NCBI GenBank assembly: GCA_964035575.1
Contig: OZ037835.1
Coordinates: 930,001 to 994,000, forward strand
Length of the DNA stretch: 64,000 nucleotides
Direction of reading: 5' to 3'
Origin: Rhynchopus sp. YZ270_cl-10
Taxonomy: Eukaryota
Part shown: positions 1-13,895 of the stretch, piece after piece
Layout: each line of letters starts with the position of its first letter
How positions within the stretch are numbered: the first letter of the stretch is position 1
Position numbers and translations under genes: made by a program
Notes under the pieces: generated by a model
Seen by the model: the letters and a program-made list of their open reading frames with translations, nothing else
What the model was told of the DNA's origin: nothing
Database searches by the model: none

Positions 1-400
1 TTATTTTGCGATAACTTCACGCATTTTTTTCCCAGGCGAGGGCTACTTAATTTGCCGAGCGAAGCGAGGCAAATTGAGTGCACGAGCCTGGGAAAAAAAT
101 AAGTGAAGTATCGCAAAATAATCCGCTAAAAGGAGGTGAATACGTAATTTTATTTCACGGGAAATAAAGTATACGAAAGGATTTGGCACTTTTAGTGTGA
201 CTTATTTATTGTGCAATAACTAACGAGTATGTGTCCTCACAGGAAGCTCTCAGGGAAAAAAAAAAAAAAGAGCGTGAAAAAAAAAAAAAAAAAGCTCTCA
301 TTACCCTCCCGCCAGCGCTACCGGGTCCCGCGGACCCCTAGATAGGCCCGCTGAGGGGCTGGCGGGATTGAGGAGGCTGGAGGGAGGCTAAAAAAGGCTG
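1..400. mobile_element. End of a Crypton-like element (same family as 27985-33270), truncated by the window edge
   Basis: Closely similar to 28010-28370; long imperfect foldback around GAGCGAAGCGAG. Confidence 0.55.
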
Positions 401-1305
401 GAAAAAGGGGGGTCAAGTACTTCAAGTACCATAAAAAATCCGAAAAAAGTACTTCAAGTACTTTGGACATCCATGTCCTACGTATTTTCCCACAGAAAAT
501 AAAAACACAAGTGAAAAAAAGTGAAAATACAGTAGTTTTATTTCCACAGAGACAAATTATCGACAATTAAAATTACCCTTTTCCAACGGAGCCCCACTAG
601 AACTTTATTTAACAAGTGAATTAAAAGTAAAAAAAAAAAGAAAAGAATGTCTGTTCTCCATAAGCGAATGGGGCTTACTACGGTCCCACAATGTTCGCAT
701 CATCCGGGTGGAGGGGGGTAGGAGAGAGAGAGAGAGAGGGGTCAAGGAGTGTGACTAATACTGGGAGGGCCCCCGGAGGAAGAGGAAGAGGAGGAGGAGG
801 AGGAGGGGGTCCGGAAAGATAAAAAGACCAGTCTTTATTCTTTGCTCAAAGTCAAACAAGTTTGTGTTGAAGAGAAAAAGCCCCCCCCCCCTAACCAAAA
901 ACAAACCCGATGTGAAGTAAAACGTACGGGGGAGGAGAAACACACCGACTAGGGAATCAAAAATTGAAAATCCTGATGAAGGAGGTGTTGTTTATTCCCG
1001 GTCCCCTTCCAACCTTACCGTAAGTAAGTGGTAGAAAATATCAAAAAGTGAGAGGAATTGTCGCTATTATTTTTATGTCTTTTTATCCGAACCCCCCAAT
1101 CCGCAGCAAAGCTGCTCAAACAAGTTTGATTGTGAGGAGGAGGAGGAGGAGGAGGAGGAGGAAGAGGAGGAGGAGGAGGAGGAGACTAAAAAAGAGGGGA
1201 GGGGAAGACAGACAAAATGAAATACCCCCCCTTCTTTATTTATTCGTTGTTTGTTGTTTGTTGATCGCATCCATCCATTTTTTTTTTTTTTTCAAACCCC
1301 AAAAG

Positions 1306-3136
1306 CAGGGTTTTATCTTGAAAAAACATTTTAAAATTTTACCCGGTCTACCCGGTCTGGCAAAAAAGTGGTCAAAAAAAATTTTTTCGCCTCCGGCGAA
1401 CATGTCCCGGCAAACCGTTAAAACTGCTGCATTCACTCGCATATTGCATATCATCTCACGTTCCCCACCTTTGCGGAATAAGCAAAAAAATCATGTCAGG
1501 TCGGTAGCGTGTGGACATTTCCTCGTATAGACATCTACAAAAAGAAACGGCAGCCATGGCAAAGGTTCCTGGCGAAGCCACGGTACGCAACATTTCAAAA
1601 TATTGTGCTTAAAATTGCACATTTTACAGCCAAATTATGTCATGGGTGGCTTGCAATCTGGCGCCGCAGGCGCACGGTACGCTACTTTTTTCCTTTCGCC
1701 ATGCTGTATGCTTCCTTTTCCTTCGGCGTTTGACCAATTGAGTCGTGTTCTGGCTGTGACGGGGTCACTTTGTTCATGAGGCCAGTTCTGGTCACTCTTA
1801 GAGGTTGGTGTGAGGTACCCAAGATTTATCATTTTGTTTTTTTTTTTGGCCTGACCGGGTGGATATTTTTTTTTTTTTCCCCAGACCGCAGGGGTGTCGC
1901 TAATTCGGGTCCAGGGTCCCGACTTTTTCAAAACTAAAAAAAAAATTTGCACCCCTAGTAAAATCTGTGTAGGAAAAAAAAAATTTGCACCTAATACAGG
2001 GTGGGTTTAATGTGTTAACAACTTGTTCTTTTTTTAAGTGAGAGGCCACCGTGAACTCGGTTGTGTCAGAACGTTCCAAAAACGAGGTTTTTGGGGGTCG
2101 GGGAAAATCACCAGGTGCCGCCCTCACCCCGCGAAGATTTATTTTTTTTGCGTGGGATTTCCTTACCCTGCCTTGCCCTTTTTTTTTGCAAACCAGGGTT
2201 TCCTTAGTAAAGGTACCATAGCGTGTTTTTGCGCACACATGTGACACCACCGTGGAGAGCAATCGGCTCGCGCAATCAAAAGAACGCAGAGAAAGGAAAA
2301 GACAAAAAGACAAAAGCTGGGTACCGTGCGCCTGCGGCGCTACCGTTCTCAGTCAAGAACACCACAATTTCATCTGAAGCTGTGTTTTCAGACTTGAACA
2401 TGACCCTTGTTTACGAGAATCGGCAGTCTCGAAAAGTGCACAGGAATAAAAAAATGGTCAAAACTTAAATACCTAAAACTCGTCCATTTTTCCAAAATGA
2501 CCCCATCACTTTCTGCAATTGCACCGCATCGGACGATGCAATCAACAAAAACGCCTCCCCCTTTTTCGTGATCTGGGAACATGCTTGCAAGGGTTTCCTT
2601 GCTAAAACCAGAGAATCTCATACTTCATAGTAAGGGTACTTTAGCGTATTTTAGCGCACACATGTGACCCCACCGTGGAGAGCAATCGGCTCGCACAATC
2701 AAAAGAACGCAGAGAAAAGGGAAAAAGAAAAAGACAAAAGTTGGGTACCGTGCGCCTGCGGCGCTACCTACTGTTCTCAGTAATGTCAAAAACACCACAA
2801 TTTCATCTGAATTTGGGTTTTCAGACCTGAAAATGACCCATGTTTAAGAGTATGGGTTCATATTTTGTGAAAATTTAAGTCACTAAAAGTTTGTCCATTT
2901 TTCCGTATATCCCCCACCACAGCGTGGGATTGGCTCGGAAATGCCACAAAACACTGTTTTTTCGCCCCCTGGTAATGGAAAAAAAATCCCCACGTAAAAA
3001 AAAAAATTTGCACCCCGATTTCAGATTTTTCAAAAATTTCCCCAAAATTAGCGACACCCCTGGCAGACCGGGTAAATATTTTTTTTTTATTTTACCCGGT
3101 CTAGGGACCACTAACATATAAGGAGATAAAACCCTG
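1306..3136. mobile_element. Non-autonomous hAT element, copy 1, carrying a nested insertion
   Basis: TIR CAGGGTTTTATCT/AGATAAAACCCTG; 8-bp TSD CCCAAAAG at 1298-1305 and 3137-3144; homologous to 6374-7040. Confidence 0.9.
1889..3062. mobile_element. Non-autonomous hAT element nested in 1306-3136
   Basis: 17-bp TIR CAGGGGTGTCGCTAATT; TSD CCAGACCG/GCAGACCG (1 mismatch); absent from the 6374-7040 copy; internal ~220-bp duplication (2200-2410 vs 2620-2845). Confidence 0.88.
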
Positions 3137-5218
3137 CCCAAAAGTCCCGAAAACCCCGAAAAACCCGCGTCCTGAAGTACGGTGGAGAGGTGGAGCACAA
3201 GGGGGGAAGGGGAAAACGGTAAAACTCATGACAATCGACGAGCGCGTCTTTCATTTCCAGACGTATTGCATACTCGTACAAAAAAAATGGTGACCTCTCA
3301 TCACTATGTGTTGAAGGAAATAGGGTGAATAGTATTGTTCAACAATCACTTTGCTAAGTAGTCCGGGTATTGTATTTTCGCACTGCCTTTTGTTTGTGCG
3401 TAAAGTGTGTAATAAATATTCTGTGGTGATATTTTCATTACTGCAATACGCTCCCACTGACTACCTGGCTGTGAAGAGGAGACCTCTTTAAGGCCCCAAA
3501 AACGAAACAAAGTTTTTGTACTCAAAATTGTCCGATAAATTTTTTTTGTGTTGAAAATAAAAAAAAGTACAGCCGATGGTATCACAAATGAAATAACAGT
3601 AAAGAAAAAAAACGTTATGTCATTGGTACCGGGTGTATGTCAAAAAAAAAAGGTAAATATGCAATTTGGAATTCTTAGTTTTCTTGCATATTTTTTTTTG
3701 GGAGGAAAAAAAAAAACACACACACACACCTCTATCGCCTTCTATTAGAGAAAAAGAGAAAAGGGGGGTTTAAAACAAAAAAATAAATGGAAAAAAGAAA
3801 AATGGTATTGCTCCGACTGACCCACGTAAGACACCATCGACGGATAAAAGCACCAAAAACAAAATGAAGAAAGGTTTATGAGATGAACCTAAGCCTCTTT
3901 GTGCTTACCTGATGAATTATTTCATATACTGGTACTCCTGATAACCCCATTTTGCGTACTTGTTGCGTACTTGCTGCGTACTTGTTGCGCACTTTGTGCA
4001 CGAAAAAAAAAAAATACAGGAATACCCTATATTGCGTACTTGTTGCGTACTTAGTGCGTAGTTGTTGCGTACTTGGTATTTTTTATTTCAGGAGCACCAT
4101 ATACTTTCTTTTCTTAACGAAACGAAAAGAAAGCAAATGTCACTGATGAAGAAAAAGAGAACAAAAAAAAACTTGAAAATCACGACGCTCCTCACAGCAC
4201 CCTCAGCGTGTTACGCGATAGCTTTCATCGCAGGAACCGGTACGGGGTTTGTGTGAATAGGGTTTTTATGAAGTTGTTGTTGTTTTTTTTTTTTTTTTTT
4301 TTTTTTTTTGCGTTTAGTTTTGTGGGTGTTTGAAAGTTTGTTTTGCTTTGTTTTGTTTTGTTTTGCGTTGTTTTTGTTTTTTTAACTTTTTTTTTTTTTG
4401 CAGTTTTGTTTCTTTTTTGCAGCACATGACCCAGGACTTCGTATTGCGAGTGAGTATTGACTTTCTAACTTCTTTGGTGCTTTGCTATGAAAATTTTGGT
4501 TGCGTTAGTATATTCCCGAAGAATATTACCAGGCCTATTGGTTGTTAGCTTAGTAGCTATATTATATAGACAGCTCCACTATTGTTTTGTTGTGTCGACA
4601 CTCGTCTGAAGTACCCTTGGGTGGGCCACTAAGACAATAATAATAAGGAGTGCGTGAAACGAAAATCCTTTTTCCTTTTTTTTTTTTGTTTGTTGTTGTT
4701 GATAATTATAAAGTTATGTCCAAGGGTAGCCCTGGGACCGGGCCCCCGTTTTTTTTGTTACCTTTTTTTGTTGGATCATGCTGTGTTTTTCTCGCAAAAT
4801 ATAATAAAAATGAAAAAAATATCCAGAGAATAAGCGTTGAAAACATGACACGTTCAGGTAGTAATCGCGCAAAAAAAATAATTCTTTTTTGATTGCATTC
4901 CATCAAAAAAAAAAAACATACACACGAGGAGAGAGCAAAAAGATGTGTGTCGTGATGAAGGCGGAACAAAGATGAAGAAAAATAAAATCATGATTGATTT
5001 TTTTATCTGTTTTTTTTTGCTATGGTGCTCTGTCGTGAAGCGTAACAATCATAAAAAGGGGAGTGCCACTATTTGTAGGAGTTGTCAAGGGGGGTTGGGG
5101 AACACCATCTTCGAAAGAGCGGAGCGGATCAGTCAGGAGGACTACTAGTGGAACTACGCAGTCATACCGAATAGTTAGTGTTTCTAAACTAGTAGTTAGC
5201 TAACAGCATTTCAACATA

Positions 5219-5321
5219 CAGTAGGACAAGAAACTTGGCGACCAAAAAATATTGGCAGATTTTTGGGGTTTTTTTCTTGCAATTGGCAACTTTTTTTTTG
5301 GTCGCCAATTTTGTCCTACTG
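5219..5321. mobile_element. Tc1/mariner-type MITE
   Basis: TA|CAGTAGGACAA...TTGTCCTACTG|TA. Confidence 0.8.
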
Positions 5322-6373
5322 TATGCATTCAATAAATTTGATAGCATAGGCAGAGGGATCAGCATTAGAAAATTTTGTAAGATGATCCTAAGCCTCTCTG
5401 TGCTTTAGTCTGATTAGATTACTTAATGTTTTGAACATTGGTTATTCATCAATCTTTTTTTTGTTGTATTTTTTGGATCTCGTGTTAGTCACCTTGCAAA
5501 AGATGCTCTGATCCTTCTTCATGGTGGATCACAATTCGTAAAACACTCATCTGACACTATTAGCACTACTAGTAATTCTGGTTCTGACTAATCCGCCGTG
5601 AGTAAGGGAAGAGGGAAGAGGGAAGAGGGGAGATGGTCAGAGGGGGGAGGGAGGGGGTAGGGAATAGGAAAGCAACACAGGACATCTCACACGCAACCCA
5701 GAGTAACCTTCAGAGCGCTTTCGCCTTGAATTTTACTTTATTTTTTTTTCGGGGAAAAAAAAATTGGTATTTTTTTTTTTTTTTTTTTTAATCGCGTGTG
5801 TTGGTTTTTTTTGCTTTCTGTAATTTTTTTTTCTTTTTCTTTTTCCTTTTGCCAATGGAATATGAGACCCTGAGCAGAATGTGAGAAGCACAAAAAGAAA
5901 ACACCGGGAACCACTTTCCAAAAACAAAAAAACAAAAAAACAAAAAAAAAATCGCACGTTTAAAAAGGTGAGGGGAAGGGGAGAAAGAAAACGAAAAAAA
6001 AAAAATAACGACTAACAAGGCGAATGCTAAAAGACAAACACCTTTTCAAAAAAAAAAACCCCCCCCCCTGAGAGAGAGATAAAAAAAAGGGCTTTTGTTG
6101 AGATGGACCTAAGCCTTTCGTGCTTGGTCACCAACATATTTGGTTACCCCCCCTGCACTTTGTAGGGTAAGGTTGTAGAGGACTTCAAAAAAAAAGGGGG
6201 GGTTGCAATGTAACAAAGATGTAGTCATCTTGATTGCTTTCATTCAGAAAAAAAAAAATATAGGGGGTTGGTAAAATCATGACGTTGGCAGTTTAGTAAC
6301 GTTGCCCCAATCAATGAGGCCTCAGCAAAAGGGAGCAAAACGCAATTTTTTTTTTTTTTTTGTAACTTTAGAT

Positions 6374-7040
6374 CAGGGTTTTATCTTGAAAAAGCATTTT
6401 AAAATTCTACCCGGTCTACCCGGTCTGGGAAAAAAGTGGTCAAAAAAAAAATTTTTCGCCTCCGGCGAAAATGTCCCGGTAAACCGTTAAAACTGCTGCA
6501 TTCACTCGTATATTGCATATCATCTCACGTTCCCCACCTTTGCGGGTTGGAATAAGCAAAAAAATCATGTCAGGTCGGTAGCGTGCGGACGTTTCCTCGT
6601 ATAGACATCTACAAAAGAAACGGCAGTCATGGCACCCAAAGGTTCCTGGCGAAGACACGGTACGCAACATTTCTAAAAATTGCGCATAAAATTGCATATT
6701 TTTACAGCCAAAATATGTTATGGGTAGGGTGGCTTGCAATCTTGCGCCGCAGGCGCACGGTACGCTACTTTTATTATTTCGCCATGCTGCATGCTTCCTT
6801 TTCCTTCGGCGTTTGACCAATTGAGTTGCGTTCTGGCTGTGACGGGGTCACTTTGTTCATGAGGCCAGTTCTGGTCACTCTTAGAGGTTTGTGTGAGGTA
6901 CCCCCAAGATTTATCATTTTGATTTTTTTTTTGGCCTGACCGGGTGGATATTTTTTTTTTTTTTCCCAGACCGGGTAAATATTTTTTTTTTTATTTTACC
7001 CGGTCTAGGGACCACTAACATATAAGGAGATAAAACCCTG
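6374..7040. mobile_element. Non-autonomous hAT element, copy 2 (uninterrupted, 667 bp)
   Basis: Same TIRs as copy 1; perfect 8-bp TSD CTTTAGAT at 6366-6373 and 7041-7048. Confidence 0.92.
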
Positions 7041-7249
7041 CTTTAGATATTGGACTTTTGTTGGAGTGATTTTTATTTTAAAAAAAAAACACAATTTTGC
7101 TTGTTCGGAATGCGTTAGGAAGTGGTGGCCAAAATCGTCCAGAAAATTAGAGACAAACAAATTATTGACACACCATTAGTGGTTTTGAATGGGCTATAAA
7201 ATTATGAAGTTTTTTTGATATTTTTGCTTTGTGCTCTTGTTTTGGAGAT

Positions 7250-7610
7250 ACTCGCAGATCTGGCCAGATCTGGAAAATCATATTTCAACCTCTGGAAACC
7301 GAGCCAGATCTGAGATTTCGCGTTCCCCAGATCTGGCCAGATCTGGCAGATATCCGTGTTTGCTCTTGTTTGTTGTGCACCGTAAGGGGTTGGTTAGCTC
7401 ATGCATGCTCTCAGATCAGATCGGAAATTTCCACAAAAAAAAAATCTGTTGCAGATCAAAAAAAAGAAAAAGAAACAAAAGAAAAGATCTGCTTGAGCAG
7501 ATCTCGACAGCTGTTTGCATTGCACGCTTCCACATCACAACAGAATAAAGTAAAAACACATCGGCTTCGTTACAAAAAAAAAAAAACAAAGGGGGTGCTG
7601 CAGATCCAAA
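7250..7610. repeat. Cluster of CAGATCT(G) palindromic motifs, probably transposon subterminal repeats
   Basis: About ten AGATC/AGATCT occurrences in 360 bp. Confidence 0.5.
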
Positions 7611-7730
7611 TATCGACATACATGTTGTATTTTGACATCGGAAAATGTGTTCCCTATTTTTTTTCGTAAAAAGAAACACAAAAAGGAGTAGGCTTCTGTT
7701 CACGAAAATTAAACCTCTCGTACTTAGTTA

Positions 7731-7912
7731 CAGTAGTCCAAGAAACTTGGTGTCCAAATAAGTGGCGAATTTGAAGAAAAAAAAATTTGATAGATTGTTT
7801 GTAGTAGTGTGGTTGCCTTGGGTTGTGTTGCCACAGTTTTTGTGCAAATTTCCACGTTTTTTTGGTGTAATTTGACGCCCCTTTTTGAATGCCAAATATA
7901 TTTGGACTACTG
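7731..7912. mobile_element. Tc1/mariner-type MITE
   Basis: TA|CAGTAGTCCAA...TTGGACTACTG; related to 5219-5321; interrupts a copy of the hairpin motif. Confidence 0.75.
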
Positions 7913-10504
7913 CACCTTGAAAGAAACAATCGTTTGATTATAGCTGATTACCGTGAGGGCAGTTAGCCACGTTTATTTTTCTCACAAGGTCTACAAGTAT
8001 CAAGATACAAAACCTCGTGTGCTTAAAAGGGGGTTACATTCATTCAAAAAAAGAAAAAAAAGAAAAGAACAAAAAAAAAAAATCTGGAACATTGATGTGC
8101 ACAAATTTCACACGCAGATTGCAGCAAAAAAAAAATATTTAAAAAATCGGCAATCCAAAGTTTTGAAAAAAAAATTCTTTCTTGGTTGGATACGCTTACC
8201 AGAGGGTGTCAAAAAAGGTAAAAGGGGATTTGAAAGTTTGTTTTTGTATTTGTTTTTATTTTTGCTACTCTGTTTGTTTTAAGGTAAAAGGGGATGAGTG
8301 TGTCAAAATAGAACCCCCTTTCGTCTTTTGTTGAGTTAGTACGTGACCAACTAAACAAAAAGTATCAGACGTTTGAGTCATTTCCCACAAAGTATTTGTC
8401 CTAATAGAATTTTTTTTTGTTTGATTATAGACTACTATCACTAGCAATCCACGATCTTTCTTCACAGGAATCCTTATTAGAGAACAGATACCCCAACACC
8501 TCTTTAGAACCGCTGCGTACCGTGGCTTCGCCAGAAACCTCTGGGTGCCATGTTCCACCACGTCTTTTATAGATGTACTGAGAAGTTACTGATGAGAAGG
8601 CGGACACCCAACTACCACTTGTGGTTTCACCCCCTCCTCTCCACCCGCCTTTCACGATTTTGTGCATCAGAGGGGGGAGAAAGAGCCTCACCTCCCTGTA
8701 TTGACAGGAAGTCGCCAAGGAGTCGCGGCCGTTTTTATGGGGGGAAACCTCGGGACCCCCAAAAAATCGCTAAAAATGAAGGGGAAAAAAAAAAGATGAT
8801 GACTCATCGGACCCCCCCTGACTGGAAAGGGGGGTTTGAATGGGCTTTTATGAAGCTTTTGTTATGTTTGCTTTGTGCTCTTGTTTTGTTTTTTCTCTTT
8901 TTTGTTTTTTTTTTTTGTCAAAAATATGATGACTCATCCGACCCCCCTGACTGGAAAAGGGGGGAGGGAAAAAAAAGTTTTTCGCAAATAGAAAAAGAAT
9001 CTCATCAAAAAAGTAAAAAAAATCTCTCAAAAAAAATTGGGCGGGAAATTGAGGAAAGGAAACAAGCCTATTGATCAATGGTATGCGAACATGGCTGAAA
9101 GAAAAATCCTTCAAAAAAAAAATCCTACAGGCCCGTCGCTCCCTTTGCCATTTGTGGCTTTTTTTTATTATTCTCATTGTGTTGTGTTGTGTTTTTGTTT
9201 CGTTGTGTGGTGTTCCCGAAAGGGCCCATATTGACAGGTCCTTGACATGTCCTTGACATGTCCTTGACACAAGGTTTACAGGGGAAAATGACACACCCCC
9301 CCTATATTGACATGTCCCCGACAGCAGATCGGTAACACCATTGTGGTATCAACAAATAAAATAGAATCTGTGGTGTTCCGAAAGGGGCCTATATTGACAT
9401 ATGGGTCAGTCCATAAACCCACCCCCCTAAAAGGTAATCAAAGCATATCCTTGACAGGTATTCAAGAACATCAATCTACCTTTCGGGATATGCCTAGCGA
9501 ATAAACCAAATTGCAGGCAACTCACCTTCATGTTTGATTCTATTTCCTCTTCGAAAAATGCAAAAAATAATAAAAAATAAAAAAAAAAAAACTACTCATG
9601 TCATTACTGGGGGGGAGCTATTAAAGTATACGTATACTTTATTCGGCGGGAATTACTGCTTAAATGGCCAAAAAACGAAAAGGGAAAAAAAAAAAAAAAT
9701 CACTGTTATTTTGGGGCTTCTAGTGGCCGAAACCTCGCGAAAACACCACCATTGACATTTTTGGGCCAATCCCAGCCAGTGGTGGGGTCAATGTGGAAAA
9801 ATGAACAATTTTTTGGTGACTTAAATTTTCACAAATCTGAACCCTATCAGCACCAATCGTGTAAAAACTGATACACGCGTTTTAGGTCAAAAATACTCAT
9901 TTCTCAGCGCAAAGTGACCCCATCACAGCACGCACAGAATCCGGACCACCGAAATCAAAAAAAAAAAATTTCGATTTTTTGTGCAAAAAATGCTGTAAAA
10001 AAATTTTAGTAAGAAAAATGTACACAAAAACCGTATACTTTATTTCACAGATTTCCACGCTCAAAATGGGTTTCCGCACCGTATACTTTATTACCCCCGT
10101 ATACTTTATTAGCCCCCCCCCCCAGTAAACAAGAGTAGTGTAATGAGGTGGAATGGTGCACACACACACTATCTTTTGGTAAGGCATTCCTTTTTTCCTT
10201 TTTGTACTTTTTTTCCTTTTGAACATTTTCCTTTTTTTTTGGCTGTCTGTTTCTTTTTTAAAAACAGAACCATACAGGGTGTTACCATCTTAATGAGATG
10301 CGAGACAAAATAAGGGGTTTGGGCGGACACAATGAACGAATGAATCTATGTACTTCGCTGTGTACACTTCATTCAAAGAAAAACAAAAAAAACAAAAAAC
10401 AAAAGAAAAACACTGCCGTAATCGGTAACAAAAACGAACCGTAAAAAAGGTCAAACTCCCCCGAAAAACCAGGAAAAGGTCAAATATTTTTACGGTCAGT
10501 ATAT

Positions 10505-11646
10505 CAGTGGCTGTCACGAAAGGTGTCAATTTGGTGGACCACCTTCCACTAAACTTCTACTCCACTAATCTTATCGATTTTTTTTGCATTTTTTTGCGCG
10601 GACTCCGGAAATGCAGATCCGCGCAGTTTCCGGGGGAAATTTTTTTCTCCCCCTCCCCGGGATTGTGGGATGAGGGTCGAAAAAGTGGCCTAAGGAAACT
10701 GGCCTGTGGACCGACCAGAAGTTGAATATTTTTTTCGAAAATGCTTTCTTTGGATTCATTCGTCAAAAATCTCTCAATTCCGTACTTTTTTTTAAAATTT
10801 TTTGCACCCCATTTTTTCCTGTGGGATGGTCGGCTCTCCCCCCAAAATCGAATTTTCACTACTTTTAATAGGGGAAAACACTAAGGAAAATGGCTCATAA
10901 TCAGAACCTGTCCTGGTAATGCTGGAGCGATGTTGCTTCGTGACAGCTGTGAGAATGGCTGGCAAATTGCGTTGCTGCCGAAGTACGTGCGTGCTTGGTC
11001 CTGGCGTCTTCTGCTGACGTCCCGAAGGAGAGGTGGCTTGGTCTGCCTTGGGCAACAAGGGGAGTTACCACCCCCAGCTCCGGAATACAGTGGAAAGGTG
11101 CAAAAAGTGGGTCGGTCACGTTTGTCGTAGGTTCCACTAGGTCATATATTCAGGTGGCTTTACAACGAGTTGTAAAAAAAACTACATAAAAGACTCTGAA
11201 TAAGGTTTTGAAGCCCTCAAACAACACAAAAGCCTCACCCTCACCACTTTTTTTTACATGGTGGCCCACATAGGCACTTTTGAACGGGTTTTTACCCATA
11301 GGAATACAGTAGTAAAGTGCCCAAACCCAGTGGACCACCTTCCACTAAACTTCTACTCCACTAATCTTCTCGATTTTTTTTTTCATTTTTTTGCGCGGAC
11401 TCCGGAAATGCAGATCCGCGCAGTTTCCAGCTCCGGAAAATTAGGCTCCTATCCCGGGATTTCAAAAAGATTTTCGGCAAAAACCGCTTTTTTGGATTTG
11501 ACTAAATTTGATTTTTTCAAAAGTTCAAAATTCTTGCTCCAATGGAATCAGCGGGCAAATTTAAGCCCAAATACGTACTTTTCAAAAAAAAATTTTGACT
11601 TTTTTTTTTGGGATTCTGAAATTGACACCTTTCGTGACAGCCACTG
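10505..11646. mobile_element. Non-autonomous TIR DNA transposon
   Basis: 28-bp perfect TIR CAGTGGCTGTCACGAAAGGTGTCAATTT; ATAT on both flanks; internal direct repeat 10533-10630/11329-11428. Confidence 0.85.
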
Positions 11647-12713
11647 ATATGTTACCAGTGTATGACAACGATCATAAACCGAAAACCTCACGTTTTGGTC
11701 AAACCTAACTTCTGAAGGGGAAAAGAGAGAGAAAAAAAATGGGATAAAACTCTGAACTAACTTCCTCTTGGCTCGCATTTCTTTGTGGGGGAGAAAAACA
11801 CACACACAAAAATATCAGGGGGGGGGGGGTGAAACGAGCTAAGAAAAAAAAAATCGGGTGGGGGGACCAGGGAGTGTAGTGACTTTTTTCCAAAAAATCG
11901 CTAACTCTCTCACCTGCTTCCTTCCTTTTTGAGAAGGGAAAGGTGGGGAGGGTGAAGGAGGGGATGGTGTGGGATGTATTATATCTTGATGGATTTTTTT
12001 TTGTTTTTTTTTTTTTTTTGTTTTTTTGTTTTCCATCAAAACCAGAACAGATAGTTTGTGAGTTTTGCGTGTTCTGATGAATTTGTGGTAGGGGGGGGAA
12101 GGGGTAACCATCAAAACTCAATCAAAATACATAAATAACAAACCAAGGGGGAAATGGGGCGATGAAGGAATAGAATGAGGAACGAACGGATCCGGAAAAT
12201 ATATGGAAAAGAAAAAAAAGGGGGGAAATAATAAAAACAAACGAAATACGGACCGCGGAAAGTAACGAATGAGGGGGGGGAAGAGGGGGAAAAAAAAAGA
12301 GGAAAAAAAAAACTGAAATATGAAAGATGCATAGGCCTCAATGCTTACACACCTTCTCTAGAAAAGAAAAAAAAAGAAAAAAAAAAGAAAAAAAAAAAAA
12401 AGAGGGAAAAAAGGGAGAGTCACACACTAAGGAATGCAAACAAAATAAAACAAAAGAAATGGGTAGACAGGTAAAACAATATTTGCTTTTTTTGAGTGAC
12501 GTCGTCATCCACACAAAAGGCAAAAAAAAAACAAACTGTAGTCACTTTTTTAAGATTTTTTATTTCTTGTGGGAATACAGAACATTTATTTTGCCTCTTA
12601 TATAAGACGGGAGAGAGGGGTGTGGAATACTACCCACGTCCTTCCCCCTAGACATCAGTTTCCGTATCTGGCTGTAAAAAATGAGGTTGATGGGGGGAAA
12701 AGAAAAGTTTATT

Positions 12714-12746
12714 AGATGACCCTAAGCCTCTCGTGCTTAGTCACCT
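12714..12746 (-). promoter_or_regulatory. Representative copy of a dispersed, strand-specific ~34-nt hairpin motif (AGGTGACTAAGCAC-GAGAG-GCTTAGG-GTCATCT)
   Basis: Copies at 3881, 5380, 5478 (partial), 6101, 7710 (split), 12714, 12974, 13232, 14703, 36388, 53016, 55056, 57076, 59071 and 61087, all in one orientation; function is inferred. Confidence 0.6.
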
Positions 12747-13481
12747 TGAAAAAAAAAAAAAAAGAAGAAAGATATCGCTCAACGGGTCGTTCCAGCATGA
12801 ATTATTTCACCACACCACACGCACCGCAGCTCTATTGTTCTGCATCTATAAAGCCCCCTCAAAAGAGTCTAAAAAAAAAAAAAAAAAATCCCATTTTTTT
12901 TTTTCTGTTCGTTTTTATCAGCCGCCATTTAAGACAGTCTTCATCCAGAAACAAAAAAAAGGAAAAGTTGAAAATGACCCTAAGCCTCTCTGTGCTTAGT
13001 CACCTTCAGGTCATGAGAGAGGTATACAGACGCAACTGCAGCGTACATAGTCCACAGCTTTTCTCAACCCTGAGCAATATTTACAAAAAAAAAAAAATCC
13101 ACAACTTTCATAATTATTTCATATAGTTTCTTTTCTAAACGAAAAGAAGGCAAAGAGGGTGCAAAAAATGTACCCTTGCTTTTTTTTCCCACAAAAAAAC
13201 CCCACAACCTTCATAAAAATTTTTTTTTTATAAGATGAACCTAAGCCTCTCTCATGCTTGTCCATCTTAAAATATCAGAGTGCCAGAAATGGATTCAATA
13301 AAAAGCTTCTTTAACGGTGACCGAGGGAAGGGGACAAAAGAAATACTTACGGATTTGGGGGAAGGGGTAATAAGAGGAAATTGGGAATGAAGAGAGAAGA
13401 AAGAGCCCCCCACCCCACCCCTCCCAAACAAGCTTACAGCAGGTCGGGGGGCTTTGGTAACGCCTAAGGGGGGTTGGGGGG

Positions 13482-13619
13482 TAATGGTGGCAGTATTGTG
13501 ATGGGAGCCCATTGGAATACGCAAAATACATCAAAATGCATCACAATACGTGTATTGTGATGTATTTTGATGTATTTTGCGTATTCCAATGGGCTCCCAT
13601 CACAATACTGCCACCATTA
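13482..13619. repeat. 138-bp near-perfect palindrome (foldback MITE)
   Basis: TAATGGTGGCAGTATTGTGATGGGAGCCC... followed by its reverse complement with almost no loop. Confidence 0.85.
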
Positions 13620-13860
13620 GGGGGAAGAGATACAAAGCTGAAACGCTAGGATCGAAGGTTTCTTTATTTCTTTATATAGTTGGTTGGCTGGGGCAGGGAG
13701 TACAATAAAACGTACACAGACGGTGAAAGCAAATAGCTTGATTTTGTGGTTTTACTTTTTTTTGTGATTTTTACCGTTGGTCGTGAAAACAATGAAAAGA
13801 CCGCGTTATTCAGACATCGTATACGTTCCTCTACGGTCCTCTACGCGCCTTTTTTGCGGA

Positions 13861-13895
<35 letters not shown>

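Noticed and set aside
1048..13126. Numerous short Lys/Phe-rich ORFs
   Set aside because: They are products of poly-A/poly-T tracts and MITE sequence.
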